From: a virus
DNA length: 64,000 nucleotides
Virus record (IMG/VR): IMGVR_UViG_3300028840_007197
Coordinates: 1 to 64,000 of that record
Strand: one strand, 5' to 3'
Position 1 is the stretch's first letter. Each line of letters opens with the position of its first letter. The translations under genes were made by a program, and so were the position numbers. The notes beneath the pieces were generated by a model. The model saw only the letters and a list, made by a program, of their open reading frames with translations, was not told the origin of the DNA and ran no database searches. Positions 19,843 through 27,554 of this stretch are shown one piece after another.

Positions 19843-20363
19843 TCTTCCATAATAATTCCTATTACTTTTTTCTGGAAAGATTCTAGCTCCTTATAGATAC
19901 CTTCGAGATACTCCTTTGAACTGTCAGGTCCTATGGTGCAGAGAACATTATATGTACCTTCCATCTCTGTCTTGATAACCTTTAGTTTTTCAGCTTTCAC
20001 GGGGTCTTCAGTAGCCTCAATCATTTCGTCCAGTTTCTTGAAAACTTCAACATTGAAATCCCTGAAACCATCCAGCATAAGCTCGTTAAAAAGGTCTTTC
20101 GTAAGAATTTTATCCTCGGGCATATTTATGAACCTATCAAAGACCAGAAGATACGTGCCTCCATTTCTGAGAAGCATAATAAGGTCTTTCATTCTTCTTA
20201 GTTGAAGAGCTAATTGGAGGTGTAACTGGGATAGCTTCTCTACAGTGTTTAATATTTTTAAATTTTGTTCTTCCTCCTGTTTATGCATTCGTTGAAGTTG
20301 TATTGGAATAAAAACAAACACCAGACAAAGGACGATTGGAAGGATATCCCACATGTACCACAT
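19839..20363 (-). CDS. Membrane-anchored hypothetical protein
   Basis: N-terminal TM segment ILPIVLCLVFVFIPI followed by a coiled coil. Confidence 0.65.
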   Translation of the reverse strand: MWYMWDILPIVLCLVFVFIPIQLQRMHKQEEEQNLKILNTVEKLSQLHLQLALQLRRMKDLIMLLRNGGTYLLVFDRFINMPEDKILTKDLFNELMLDGFRDFNVEVFKKLDEMIEATEDPVKAEKLKVIKTEMEGTYNVLCTIGPDSSKEYLEGIYKELESFQKKVIGIIMEE

Positions 20364-20372
20364 AATAATTTC

Positions 20373-21368
20373 CTAATCGTAGATAAAGTGCTCAGTCGGA
20401 CCGTTATATTTTATATCATCCCCTTCTACTGAGAAATATTTGAATACATCAGGATATCTCTCTTTGAAAATTTTCAAGTCTCTCACCATCGCCGGTCTAA
20501 TCTCCCAGTGAGCGGCCGGGTCAGTCCTTTTCCTATATATCCAAATGCGCTCTTCAAGATTCGTGCTCATTACTACCTGAGAAACTATCCCAATAGGGAG
20601 GAACTGTCTGGCATCCTCCCTTCTCCACTTATTGTTTTTTATAAGGTCACTATAGAACTTCTGATAAGTTTCCATCATCTTTAAGGGTGTAATGCCGCTT
20701 TCTTCACTCTCCACGTCTCGATGTGGAGGAAGAACAACAACTAATTCTGACTCATCGACATACCGGGTCGATTCCTGACTATATACTGCAACCCGGTGAC
20801 GAACAAACTCATGTGTAAAACCCCTGCTGAAGCCACTATAACGGACGGTATGAGCTATGTGAACAGCTTTATCCTTCACCCCCAGAAGCTGATCCTCCCG
20901 AGATATCGGTACGATTTCAGAATTGAACATGGATATTTTAGGTTGTGGGCCTGATCTGAAAAAAGCAGGACAGAACTTTTCGAGGTCATCCCGAATCTCC
21001 GGATCGAGCTTGTTGGCAACGTATAGTTTTCTCCATGTCTCAAGATTTGCAGAGATAATAAGAGAGTTGTCATTAAAAGTCAAAAACATGAACTTCAAAT
21101 AAGGCCAGTATATTTTCATCAGAAGAATAAGGTCGCTATCCCTGAAGGGGTAAATGTTATAGCCTCTCCACCCGTGTTCGAGTACAGAAAAGTGACCCCT
21201 TTTCAGTATGCGCTCACAAAACCCTTGAGCAGTCTCGGGGGTAATAGGTCCTTTCTCCGACTGATAGCAGGTTCTCCCGGCCTTCTCAAGGACCATCTGG
21301 GCGAATTCATTAGTCTCCGGTGAGGGCCATGTAGCAAGAACATCAATAGAAGAAGCAGATAGTCTCAT
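20373..21368 (-). CDS. thyX: FAD-dependent thymidylate synthase
   Basis: AGRTCY.S, GH.SVLEH, THEFVRHR...YSQESTRYV, EDARQFLP, AHWEIR. Confidence 0.93.
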   Translation of the reverse strand: MRLSASSIDVLATWPSPETNEFAQMVLEKAGRTCYQSEKGPITPETAQGFCERILKRGHFSVLEHGWRGYNIYPFRDSDLILLMKIYWPYLKFMFLTFNDNSLIISANLETWRKLYVANKLDPEIRDDLEKFCPAFFRSGPQPKISMFNSEIVPISREDQLLGVKDKAVHIAHTVRYSGFSRGFTHEFVRHRVAVYSQESTRYVDESELVVVLPPHRDVESEESGITPLKMMETYQKFYSDLIKNNKWRREDARQFLPIGIVSQVVMSTNLEERIWIYRKRTDPAAHWEIRPAMVRDLKIFKERYPDVFKYFSVEGDDIKYNGPTEHFIYD

Positions 21369-21474
21369 TTATCTCACCCTATTTTGAGTTTAAAAGCTGC
21401 GGAGCCTTAAGATATGGGAGGCTATCGTCTCTGGGGACTCCATTATAGGGATGTTCAGCGGGCCTCATAGCGGA

Positions 21475-21699
21475 TCAAACAGTGCTATCAGTTCTGGCTT
21501 TTCCGGAATCAAGAGGACTACCTTTCCGTTCCTTTATCCTTTTACCATGCTGGATAATTCGTCTCCTCCAGTACATGAGCTCTTTAACCTTATCCCTATA
21601 ATCACTGGACTGGGGAGCTCTACCGGATTGTACGGCTTTCACTTCCTCTTGGAGGACTCTAATACGCTCCTTAATGAAATCCAAGACTTTGTCCGCCAT
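21475..21699 (-). CDS. Hypothetical protein
   Basis: SD AAGGAG; 74 aa. Confidence 0.6.
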   Translation of the reverse strand: MADKVLDFIKERIRVLQEEVKAVQSGRAPQSSDYRDKVKELMYWRRRIIQHGKRIKERKGSPLDSGKARTDSTV

Positions 21700-21735
21700 A
21701 CAACCGTTCTCCTTTAATGATAGTAGCTTGTTTAT

Positions 21736-21897
21736 TCAAATTAAAGGTTCGGGAGGCCAGAGCTCATCCAAGGCCTCATTTATTTCATCCAGGGGCCACT
21801 TCCTTTTCTTAAGAATCTTTCTCATTTTCGTCTTTTCAAGAGGTTCTTTAATCTTTTTCACCTGTTTTTTTACCGCTTTCTTTCTCGGCATATGCAT
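21736..21897 (-). CDS. Small basic protein (53 aa, not in the ORF track)
   Basis: MHMPRKKAVKKQVKKIKEP...WPLDEINEALDELWPP; TAATG overlap with the GH5 stop. Confidence 0.5.
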   Translation of the reverse strand: MHMPRKKAVKKQVKKIKEPLEKTKMRKILKKRKWPLDEINEALDELWPPEPLI

Positions 21898-23249
21898 TAA
21901 TCCTTCCATGTAATAGTTATTGTTTGAGTGCTGTCATTCTCATTCACATGTTCATAAAGGGTCCTGATGCCAGTAAGTCTAGACCAGTTAGACCCTCTCC
22001 ACCAGAACTTTGGATGGCCATTTACCGATATCTGCACTGAATCCAATCTCTCCGGTATGAATATCACTGTTGGAGCCTTCAAGTTCAGGGGCTTATAGGT
22101 AAGGTTAAAGACATTATCCCGAATACTATAGAGGGGGTCCTTACCGGCAATACGTTGCGGATATACCCTTACAAGTTTATTGACTACTGGTGTCTCTTCT
22201 CCACCATTTCCTATAAGACCATAATTATCATTATAGGATATGTAATCATAAGACCAATAAGTCCAACCCGCACAGAACTCATCGGTGATGTCCAGAAAGT
22301 CAGTTATATATGACATATAACCATCGACTTTAGACGATATCCCGAACTCGCCAAATATAAGAGGACACCTAAACTGTTGGGCCTCATGCACTTTGATGAG
22401 TACCCCCGCTTTTAATATTTGAGTATTAATCTCTGTATAAGATGTATTCAAAGAACGAAGCGGGTCATAATAGTGGGGGCTATAGACGGCATTTATAGGT
22501 TTAAATCTAAGATGTGTAGGAAGACCGGTGCTCGTTTCAATACGAGGCTCAAAGAACATTTTTGTCTTGTATCTATTTGAGACCATGTCCCTGACATCTT
22601 CGTAGAAAGGACTCAGATAATCTCTCTCAAAGTTTAAAAGCATTCCAGAATAGGGCTCATTGATTATATCTATTCCGATCACGTTTTTAAGGGTATCAAC
22701 ATGCCCGAGGACATACAAAAGAGCATCGATATAGGACCTTTGCAGTTCCTCACTACTCCAGAAGTACCGAAATGAGTTAATAACAGCCGGTTCCAGGTAA
22801 TTAAGGTGCCAGGGTTCTCTTTTATTGAAAGCTACTCCACAGTCATTTACAGACCATCTTGGGAATCCGTTTCCACCGAATTTTTTAGAATAGAGGTCCT
22901 GGTGGAAATCCACGACCACATCCACGCCAATCTGCTGGAGATACTTTATTCTCCCAACAATCCTCTTCATATAATATTCGTTATAAACGCCCTTATTTGG
23001 CTCTAGGGCCTCCCAGAAGACCAGGAAGCGAACCAGGTTGAACCCCCAGTCATTCAGGCGTCTGAGCTCCTCCTTAGACTGCCAGGGCATATAATCCATA
23101 CTGCTTTTTTGAAAATTAGAGATGTTCACGCCATGATAGATTACTATTCGGCCATCAGAATCACGAATATACTGAATCGATTCTTTTTTAGGCGAGATAT
23201 GAATGCAGGAAAGAGAAAGAAGAAAAACAGCTATTAGTACCGAACGCAT
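21897..23249 (-). CDS. Glycoside hydrolase family 5, endoglycoceramidase-like, with lipoprotein-type signal
   Basis: HGVN, GFNLVRF.V.WEALEP, DFHQD, INEP (acid/base), SPHYY, GEFG (nucleophile), WTYW, RVYPQRIAG; N-terminus MRSVLIAVFLLSLSC. Confidence 0.88.
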   Translation of the reverse strand: MRSVLIAVFLLSLSCIHISPKKESIQYIRDSDGRIVIYHGVNISNFQKSSMDYMPWQSKEELRRLNDWGFNLVRFLVFWEALEPNKGVYNEYYMKRIVGRIKYLQQIGVDVVVDFHQDLYSKKFGGNGFPRWSVNDCGVAFNKREPWHLNYLEPAVINSFRYFWSSEELQRSYIDALLYVLGHVDTLKNVIGIDIINEPYSGMLLNFERDYLSPFYEDVRDMVSNRYKTKMFFEPRIETSTGLPTHLRFKPINAVYSPHYYDPLRSLNTSYTEINTQILKAGVLIKVHEAQQFRCPLIFGEFGISSKVDGYMSYITDFLDITDEFCAGWTYWSYDYISYNDNYGLIGNGGEETPVVNKLVRVYPQRIAGKDPLYSIRDNVFNLTYKPLNLKAPTVIFIPERLDSVQISVNGHPKFWWRGSNWSRLTGIRTLYEHVNENDSTQTITITWKD

Positions 23250-23310
23250 ATCTTCACCTCCCCTTTTAAGAACATATAAGGAGAGATAAAGATTAGAAGA
23301 TTATAACAGG

Positions 23311-23967
23311 TTATTTCTCAGGGACATAGGATTCTACATGGTCCTCTATAATCTTCTTAGCGCAGAAGCCACATATGGCCCTTTTCCCATATTCATCAAG
23401 GTTTGGCCTTTTAATACGGCAAACTTCACAGGTATTTACTCTTTTATCTATTTCGATTATTCTCGGAAGGAAGCTCTTGAGGAAGAGTATTTCTTCCCCT
23501 ATTTTAACCTTGTTCTTATATGATCCGTCGATAGTCTTTATAAGGGCATAGTCATCAGACCCGTCATAGCATTGTGGAGTTAGGGTCCAGCTTTCACCTA
23601 TTTCCCTGTGAACAGCTTCTGCAAGACGTTCCGAATTCAAAGTAACATCTAAATTAACGCTGATAGGATTATCGTGATAAAAATAGGTATGGATACTGAT
23701 AGAGTCATACTCTGATATTTTGAAATGGTAACCAAAATGAGAAGCGCCCTCACCTAATAACTCATCCACAAAGGAATCAAAATCAACCAGCCAGCAATGC
23801 TTATCATCGATCCAGCAATTGCAACGGTCCTTTATACAGATACTATCGTTTTTAGGGCACTTCTCCGTATGGGGAAAATACCGCTTAAAAATTTCTCTTT
23901 TTGGCATAATTTTAAAAAAGGGGTGACCGTTAAGACTGAAAACATCCAAAATTATCCGGGTAGTCAT
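23311..23967 (-). CDS. Hypothetical protein with C-terminal CxxC...CxxC
   Basis: 218-aa ORF. Confidence 0.6.
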   Translation of the reverse strand: MTTRIILDVFSLNGHPFFKIMPKREIFKRYFPHTEKCPKNDSICIKDRCNCWIDDKHCWLVDFDSFVDELLGEGASHFGYHFKISEYDSISIHTYFYHDNPISVNLDVTLNSERLAEAVHREIGESWTLTPQCYDGSDDYALIKTIDGSYKNKVKIGEEILFLKSFLPRIIEIDKRVNTCEVCRIKRPNLDEYGKRAICGFCAKKIIEDHVESYVPEK

Positions 23968-24078
23968 TTTCTTCGATTGTTGAGAGGCATTCCGTCATTC
24001 TCTCCTTCAAAACCTTCAGCTCACCTCCCATGCGGGATACCTTCTTCATCGCCGCTGCAATTTTCATCGAAGCCCCTT

Positions 24079-24528
24079 TCACTGAGACGCTGCTTTTTTC
24101 TTACGCAGTGTTATCAATCCGCCACCGGCTAAAAGTGTGACAAGAGCTATCAAGAGCTCAAGAGTCTTGGTAATAACGTTCATGGTTTGGGAATGAGACT
24201 CAGAATTAACCTGAAGATTATCCAGTATGAGAGAGACCTTTGCCAGGTCTTTTTCCAGGGATATCAGCTTCTCATCTATCTGTCTAATGTCCTGATAATG
24301 GTCCCGGACGGTTATGTATGTCCCCGTATGATTCGATTGGGGCGTAATGGGCTCGATTTCTTCTATTGAAGGAGCCTGATATATATCTTGAAGAGGAGCT
24401 TGCTGATATACGAACCCTTTCACGCCTTTATTTCTCAAGTCATAGCTCTTATCGAGGATCTTATCTAAGTCAGCTACTATGCAGAATGCGGGTACGAAAG
24501 AGATGAGGATAAACACAAAAAATTTCAT
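24079..24528 (-). CDS. Exported/membrane protein with coiled coil and C-terminal TM segment
   Basis: Signal-like N-terminus; LLIALVTLLAGGGLITL followed by RKKK. Confidence 0.65.
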   Translation of the reverse strand: MKFFVFILISFVPAFCIVADLDKILDKSYDLRNKGVKGFVYQQAPLQDIYQAPSIEEIEPITPQSNHTGTYITVRDHYQDIRQIDEKLISLEKDLAKVSLILDNLQVNSESHSQTMNVITKTLELLIALVTLLAGGGLITLRKKKAASQ

Positions 24529-24548
24529 ATTCTACCTACCTCTAAAAA

Positions 24549-24624
24549 TGGCTGGGGTGTGAGGGTTCGAACCTCAAACCATTCGGTCCAGAGCCGAATG
24601 CTCTACCAATTGAGCTACACCCCA
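24549..24624 (-). tRNA. tRNA-Gln(CTG)
   Basis: TGGGGTG acceptor, anticodon arm TTCGG-CT CTG GA-CCGAA, TTCGAAC T-loop, encoded CCA. Confidence 0.95.
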
Positions 24625-24633
24625 ATATAAAAA

Positions 24634-24914
24634 GGGTGGTCGACCGGAGTCGAACCGGCAAGGCATGATTAGGTCTCCTTATTATCGGCACAGGACTTCC
24701 TGCCGCTGTTTACAAACCCTCCTGGACCGTTACCGGATTCCAGGCAGCGTATCAGTGTCTTCCGCAAGCCGTAGAGGCCACTCCACAATCGCTACCCGCC
24801 CGCTTCCCTTTGTTTCGTTCCACAGACTTCCACGACCACGGGGTTCATGCCGGGTGATAAGCCCTCTCCCAATCCTGTTTGTCGGGCGCTCTCGCCAATT
24901 GAGCTACGACCACC
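24634..24914 (-). ncRNA. tRNA-His-like scaffold with ~205-nt structured expansion replacing the anticodon arm
   Basis: G-1, acceptor GTGGTCG/CGACCAC, C73, D-arm GCTC/GAGC and T-arm GCCGG-TTCGACT-CCGGT are all intact; 227 nt lie between G26 and the T-stem. Confidence 0.75.
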
Positions 24915-24951
24915 ATAATACATGATATCAGTATTTCAAAGAACATTAAAG

Positions 24952-25024
24952 TTGGGGTATGTGGGCTTGAACCACAAACACGCGGCTTCAAAGGCCGTTG
25001 CTCTGCCCATTGAGCTATACCCCA
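24952..25024 (-). tRNA. tRNA-Gln(TTG)
   Basis: TGGGGTA/TACCCCA acceptor, ACGGC-CT TTG AA-GCCGC anticodon arm, TTCAAGC T-loop; CCA not encoded. Confidence 0.9.
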
Positions 25025-25090
25025 GTATATTTCATGCTTACTAAAAAGGCCCCTTTTACTACCATGAACAAATATTCAAAAGATTCAATA

Positions 25091-25225
25091 CTATTGAACC
25101 TCTTTTGTACGCTCTATATCATCAGAACTCACTAAGAGGGGAATCTGTTTATCATCCTGCCCTCTTGATAGCCTCGGGAAGAAGAAATTACCCCATGGGA
25201 CTTGCTCATAATTTAATGTTGTCAT
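25091..25225 (-). CDS. Possible 44-aa ORF inside the tRNA operon
   Basis: MTTLNYEQVPWGNFFFPRLSRGQDDKQIPLLVSSDDIERTKEVQ fills most of the spacer; weak SD. Confidence 0.3.
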   Translation of the reverse strand: MTTLNYEQVPWGNFFFPRLSRGQDDKQIPLLVSSDDIERTKEVQ

Positions 25226-25237
25226 AACTCTTATCCA

Positions 25238-25315
25238 TGGTCGGAGTGACCGGATTTGAACCGATGACTTCCACGTCCCGAACGTGGCGCTCTAGCCAGA
25301 CTGAGCTACACTCCG
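25238..25315 (-). tRNA. tRNA-Pro(CGG)
   Basis: CGGAGTG/CACTCCG acceptor, CCACG-TT CGG GA-CGTGG anticodon arm, TTCAAAT T-loop, ACCA. Confidence 0.95.
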
Positions 25316-25325
25316 TCAACAAAAA

Positions 25326-25404
25326 TGGTCGGGGCGATAGGATTTGAACCTACGACCCTCTGGTCCCAAACCAGATGCGCTAAACCAGACTGCGCTACGC
25401 CCCG
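25326..25404 (-). tRNA. tRNA-Pro(TGG)
   Basis: CGGGGCG/CGCCCCG acceptor, TCTGG-TT TGG GA-CCAGA anticodon arm, TTCAAAT T-loop, ACCA. Confidence 0.95.
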
Positions 25405-25411
25405 ATAAAAC

Positions 25412-25511
25412 TGGTCGGAGTGGGGGGGATTCCCAAAGCCCCATTCCGGTGCCCTAGCCAAGATTAATTCAATCCCCACGTTCGTGTGGAAGGAATCCTG
25501 GCCCACATCCG
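25412..25511 (-). ncRNA. Remodelled tRNA-Pro(GGG)-derived RNA (pseudo-tRNA or tRNA mimic)
   Basis: 5' CGGA(T)GTG pairs with 3' CACTCCG-ACCA; retains TGGCTAGGGC-A-CCGGA-AT GGG GC; has an extended hairpin in the D-arm and no canonical T-loop. Confidence 0.6.
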
Positions 25512-25521
25512 ATATAATCAT

Positions 25522-25551
25522 AAAAAAAGCCCCCGATTTTCACCGGGGGCT
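25522..25551 (-). terminator. Intrinsic terminator (attenuator hairpin) just upstream of the tRNA operon
   Basis: AGCCCCCGGT-GAAA-ATCGGGGGCT with a 7-T tail. Confidence 0.92.
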
Positions 25552-25579
25552 CGTGCTTTCATTCTCAGTAATAGCTCCG

Positions 25580-25645
25580 CTATACGCACGTCCCCCGTGT
25601 GTTATATCCTGGCTGCGGTTGGGGCTGTCGAATAGTGAGCTTCAT
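25580..25645 (-). CDS. Gln/Pro-rich leader peptide MKLTIRQPQPQPGYNTRGTCV
   Basis: ATG 8 nt after the -10 box; codons 7-12 are CAG CCC CAA CCG CAG CCA; the 3' end overlaps the antiterminator strand. Confidence 0.8.
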   Translation of the reverse strand: MKLTIRQPQPQPGYNTRGTCV

Positions 25646-25652
25646 ACTGTTA

Positions 25653-25681
25653 AATATATGCTAAAAAAGGCCGAGAGTCAA
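25653..25681 (-). promoter_or_regulatory. Sigma70-type promoter of the leader/tRNA operon
   Basis: TTGACT (25676-25681)-17 nt-TATATT (25653-25658). Confidence 0.85.
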
Positions 25682-25690
25682 GAACTTTTT

Positions 25691-26062
25691 TCATTCGATT
25701 ACAAGGAGCGCCTTCAAGCCTCTCGGAACGGGTACTCTATAGGCAATAACCCAAACAGTCTTTTCTGGATAATCGCCTATCGTATAGATACTTTCATATG
25801 AGTTGGCGATAGACATTATTCTGGCTTTCTCATATGACCAGACAATGATAGGGCAGCTTCTATCCTTACTAAGGCGAATAGCTGCCCCATCCACGAGGGC
25901 CTCTCTAATCCTCTTAGGCCTGAATATTGCGTTTTCAGCAACACAATATTTCATGTACTCGTGAACTATAATGATATTCCTAGTGGGGGGAAAGACATAA
26001 GCCTTCCTCCCACCGGAGGTCTCATCCTCCTGTGCTATCTTGTACCGACTCATGAACCCCAA
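25691..26062 (-). CDS. Hypothetical protein
   Basis: ~120-aa ORF overlapping the end of the vWA gene. Confidence 0.55.
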   Translation of the reverse strand: MGFMSRYKIAQEDETSGGRKAYVFPPTRNIIIVHEYMKYCVAENAIFRPKRIREALVDGAAIRLSKDRSCPIIVWSYEKARIMSIANSYESIYTIGDYPEKTVWVIAYRVPVPRGLKALLVIE

Positions 26063-27401
26063 ACGATCGCATCATACTCTCTTGAGCACTGGAATTATAG
26101 GACAAGTTCATACCACAGACAGATGATGCCCGAGACTTTGCCATGGTATAGCCATATGAACCAGCAAGTTTAGCGCCGGAAGTATAATATACTGCTGCAT
26201 TGCCACTGTTTTCTATCATGGTCTGGAAACTACCCTTAAGTGCCGTCGAGTTCTCAAACCAGGCGTTATTTTCTGCAAGGAGGAGACCGGCGGTATAGAC
26301 TTCACGGGCATCATCATACTGCCCTTTATCCGCCAGCTTTTTGGCATCTTTGTGGATCTTCTGGGCCTCGATAAGCAGCAGTTGAGCCTTCACGTCTTTG
26401 TTCGCCTCAGTACTAGCATCATCTGGTTTCACGTACCTGATTTTTGCCTTTGCTTCAAGAACAGACCGCTCCTTGGTCTCGACATCAAGATAATCGACTC
26501 TTATGTCACAGACTTTAGTGGCCCTAGCTGTAACAGCCTGAGATGCGCTTGGCAGTTTAAGCTTGAAGAGAACATGCTTACTCTCACCATAGAACACGTC
26601 TTCAAGAGTAAATAGTACCTTACCGTCCGTTATACCCCGATAACCGGCCGACTCCTCATAGGAAATTTTACTGAGAAAGTCCACCAGCTCAACATTCCCT
26701 GAGGGGGTGACTTCCACTTTAAGGTCTTGAACGGCCATGGAAAGTAGACCACCAAGCTCCATAGCGAAGGCTCTCTTGCAATCATCCTCATTCTGAATAT
26801 AGAAATGATTTCCCCGGCCCCTGTTAGACATTGAAAGAAGGAGCTCAGGGTCGTAATCATGCCCAAACCCGAACGTGGAGAGACTCACATCGGGCCTTAA
26901 CTGGCTGACAATGTTAACCAGGTCCTCACGACCTGTCAGACCAGAAGTAGGAAGGCCGTCAGTAAGGAAGACGATTCTGACTATTTTTTTCTTATCAGAG
27001 GATGCAGCGCGTTCAAGTGCCCATTCTAGGGCCTCACTCATATTGGTCATGCTATGGGTGTAAGTATTATTTATAGAACTCTTAGCGTTAGCCTTCCCCG
27101 ATGAATCCATTACGGTTACCGGTATGATTTCCCAGCAGTTATCGCTAAAACCGATAACAGTCATGGTATCGTTCTCAGTAAGATTATCAATGAGCTTGTT
27201 GACCGTATCCTTCATGGAATCAACTTTTTTGCCAGCCATAGAACCCGAATAGTCAAGAGCAAGGACCATATGGAGGGGCGTTCGCTTGGAATCGGCCTTC
27301 TCGGGGACGTGAAAAACGACATCCATATGGACTTCGTTTTCCTTGTTGAAGGCAACCTTTTCGTGATCGAAGACAGCACGGACATTGAGCTTGGAGGACA
27401 T
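26022..27401 (-). CDS. vWA-domain protein (YfbK / Ca-activated chloride channel homolog-like)
   Basis: LVLALDYSGSM-type MIDAS, TNMSEAL, IVFLTDG, STFGFGHDYD..LL..MS..G.G. Confidence 0.85.
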   Translation of the reverse strand: MSSKLNVRAVFDHEKVAFNKENEVHMDVVFHVPEKADSKRTPLHMVLALDYSGSMAGKKVDSMKDTVNKLIDNLTENDTMTVIGFSDNCWEIIPVTVMDSSGKANAKSSINNTYTHSMTNMSEALEWALERAASSDKKKIVRIVFLTDGLPTSGLTGREDLVNIVSQLRPDVSLSTFGFGHDYDPELLLSMSNRGRGNHFYIQNEDDCKRAFAMELGGLLSMAVQDLKVEVTPSGNVELVDFLSKISYEESAGYRGITDGKVLFTLEDVFYGESKHVLFKLKLPSASQAVTARATKVCDIRVDYLDVETKERSVLEAKAKIRYVKPDDASTEANKDVKAQLLLIEAQKIHKDAKKLADKGQYDDAREVYTAGLLLAENNAWFENSTALKGSFQTMIENSGNAAVYYTSGAKLAGSYGYTMAKSRASSVCGMNLSYNSSAQESMMRSFGVHESVQDSTGG

Positions 27402-27554
27402 TTGAAGCTCCTAGGGTCTGGCTCGATTTCTTATCAGGGCTGGGAATGCTGGCGGGTAAACCCACAACCTGAGAAAGAAACTTTTGCCTGGATTGATTGG
27501 CCAGCTGTCGCTGCCCGGCACCCCAGTGGCTCGGGCACAAGACATATTATTCTG

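Noticed and set aside
24665-24880. Cobalamin riboswitch (AGGGAAGC and AGGAGACCT words)
   Set aside because: The GGTG..A.TCC hairpin and CCC.GC.ACTGT core are absent, and no suitable gene lies downstream.
24660-24886. Group I intron in tRNA-His
   Set aside because: No convincing P7 (GACU/AGUC) core, and no 3' exon restoring the anticodon stem (TCGGG) before the T-arm. An Infernal search would be needed to exclude it fully.
24634-24914. Canonical tmRNA
   Set aside because: It has a true D-stem and His identity elements, lacks G3:U70/A73, and has no tag ORF ending in Ala-Ala.
24665-25801. Track ORFs 24665..24925, 25306..25521 and 25484..25801
   Set aside because: They overlap tRNA, tRNA-like and attenuator sequences and have no protein-like features.
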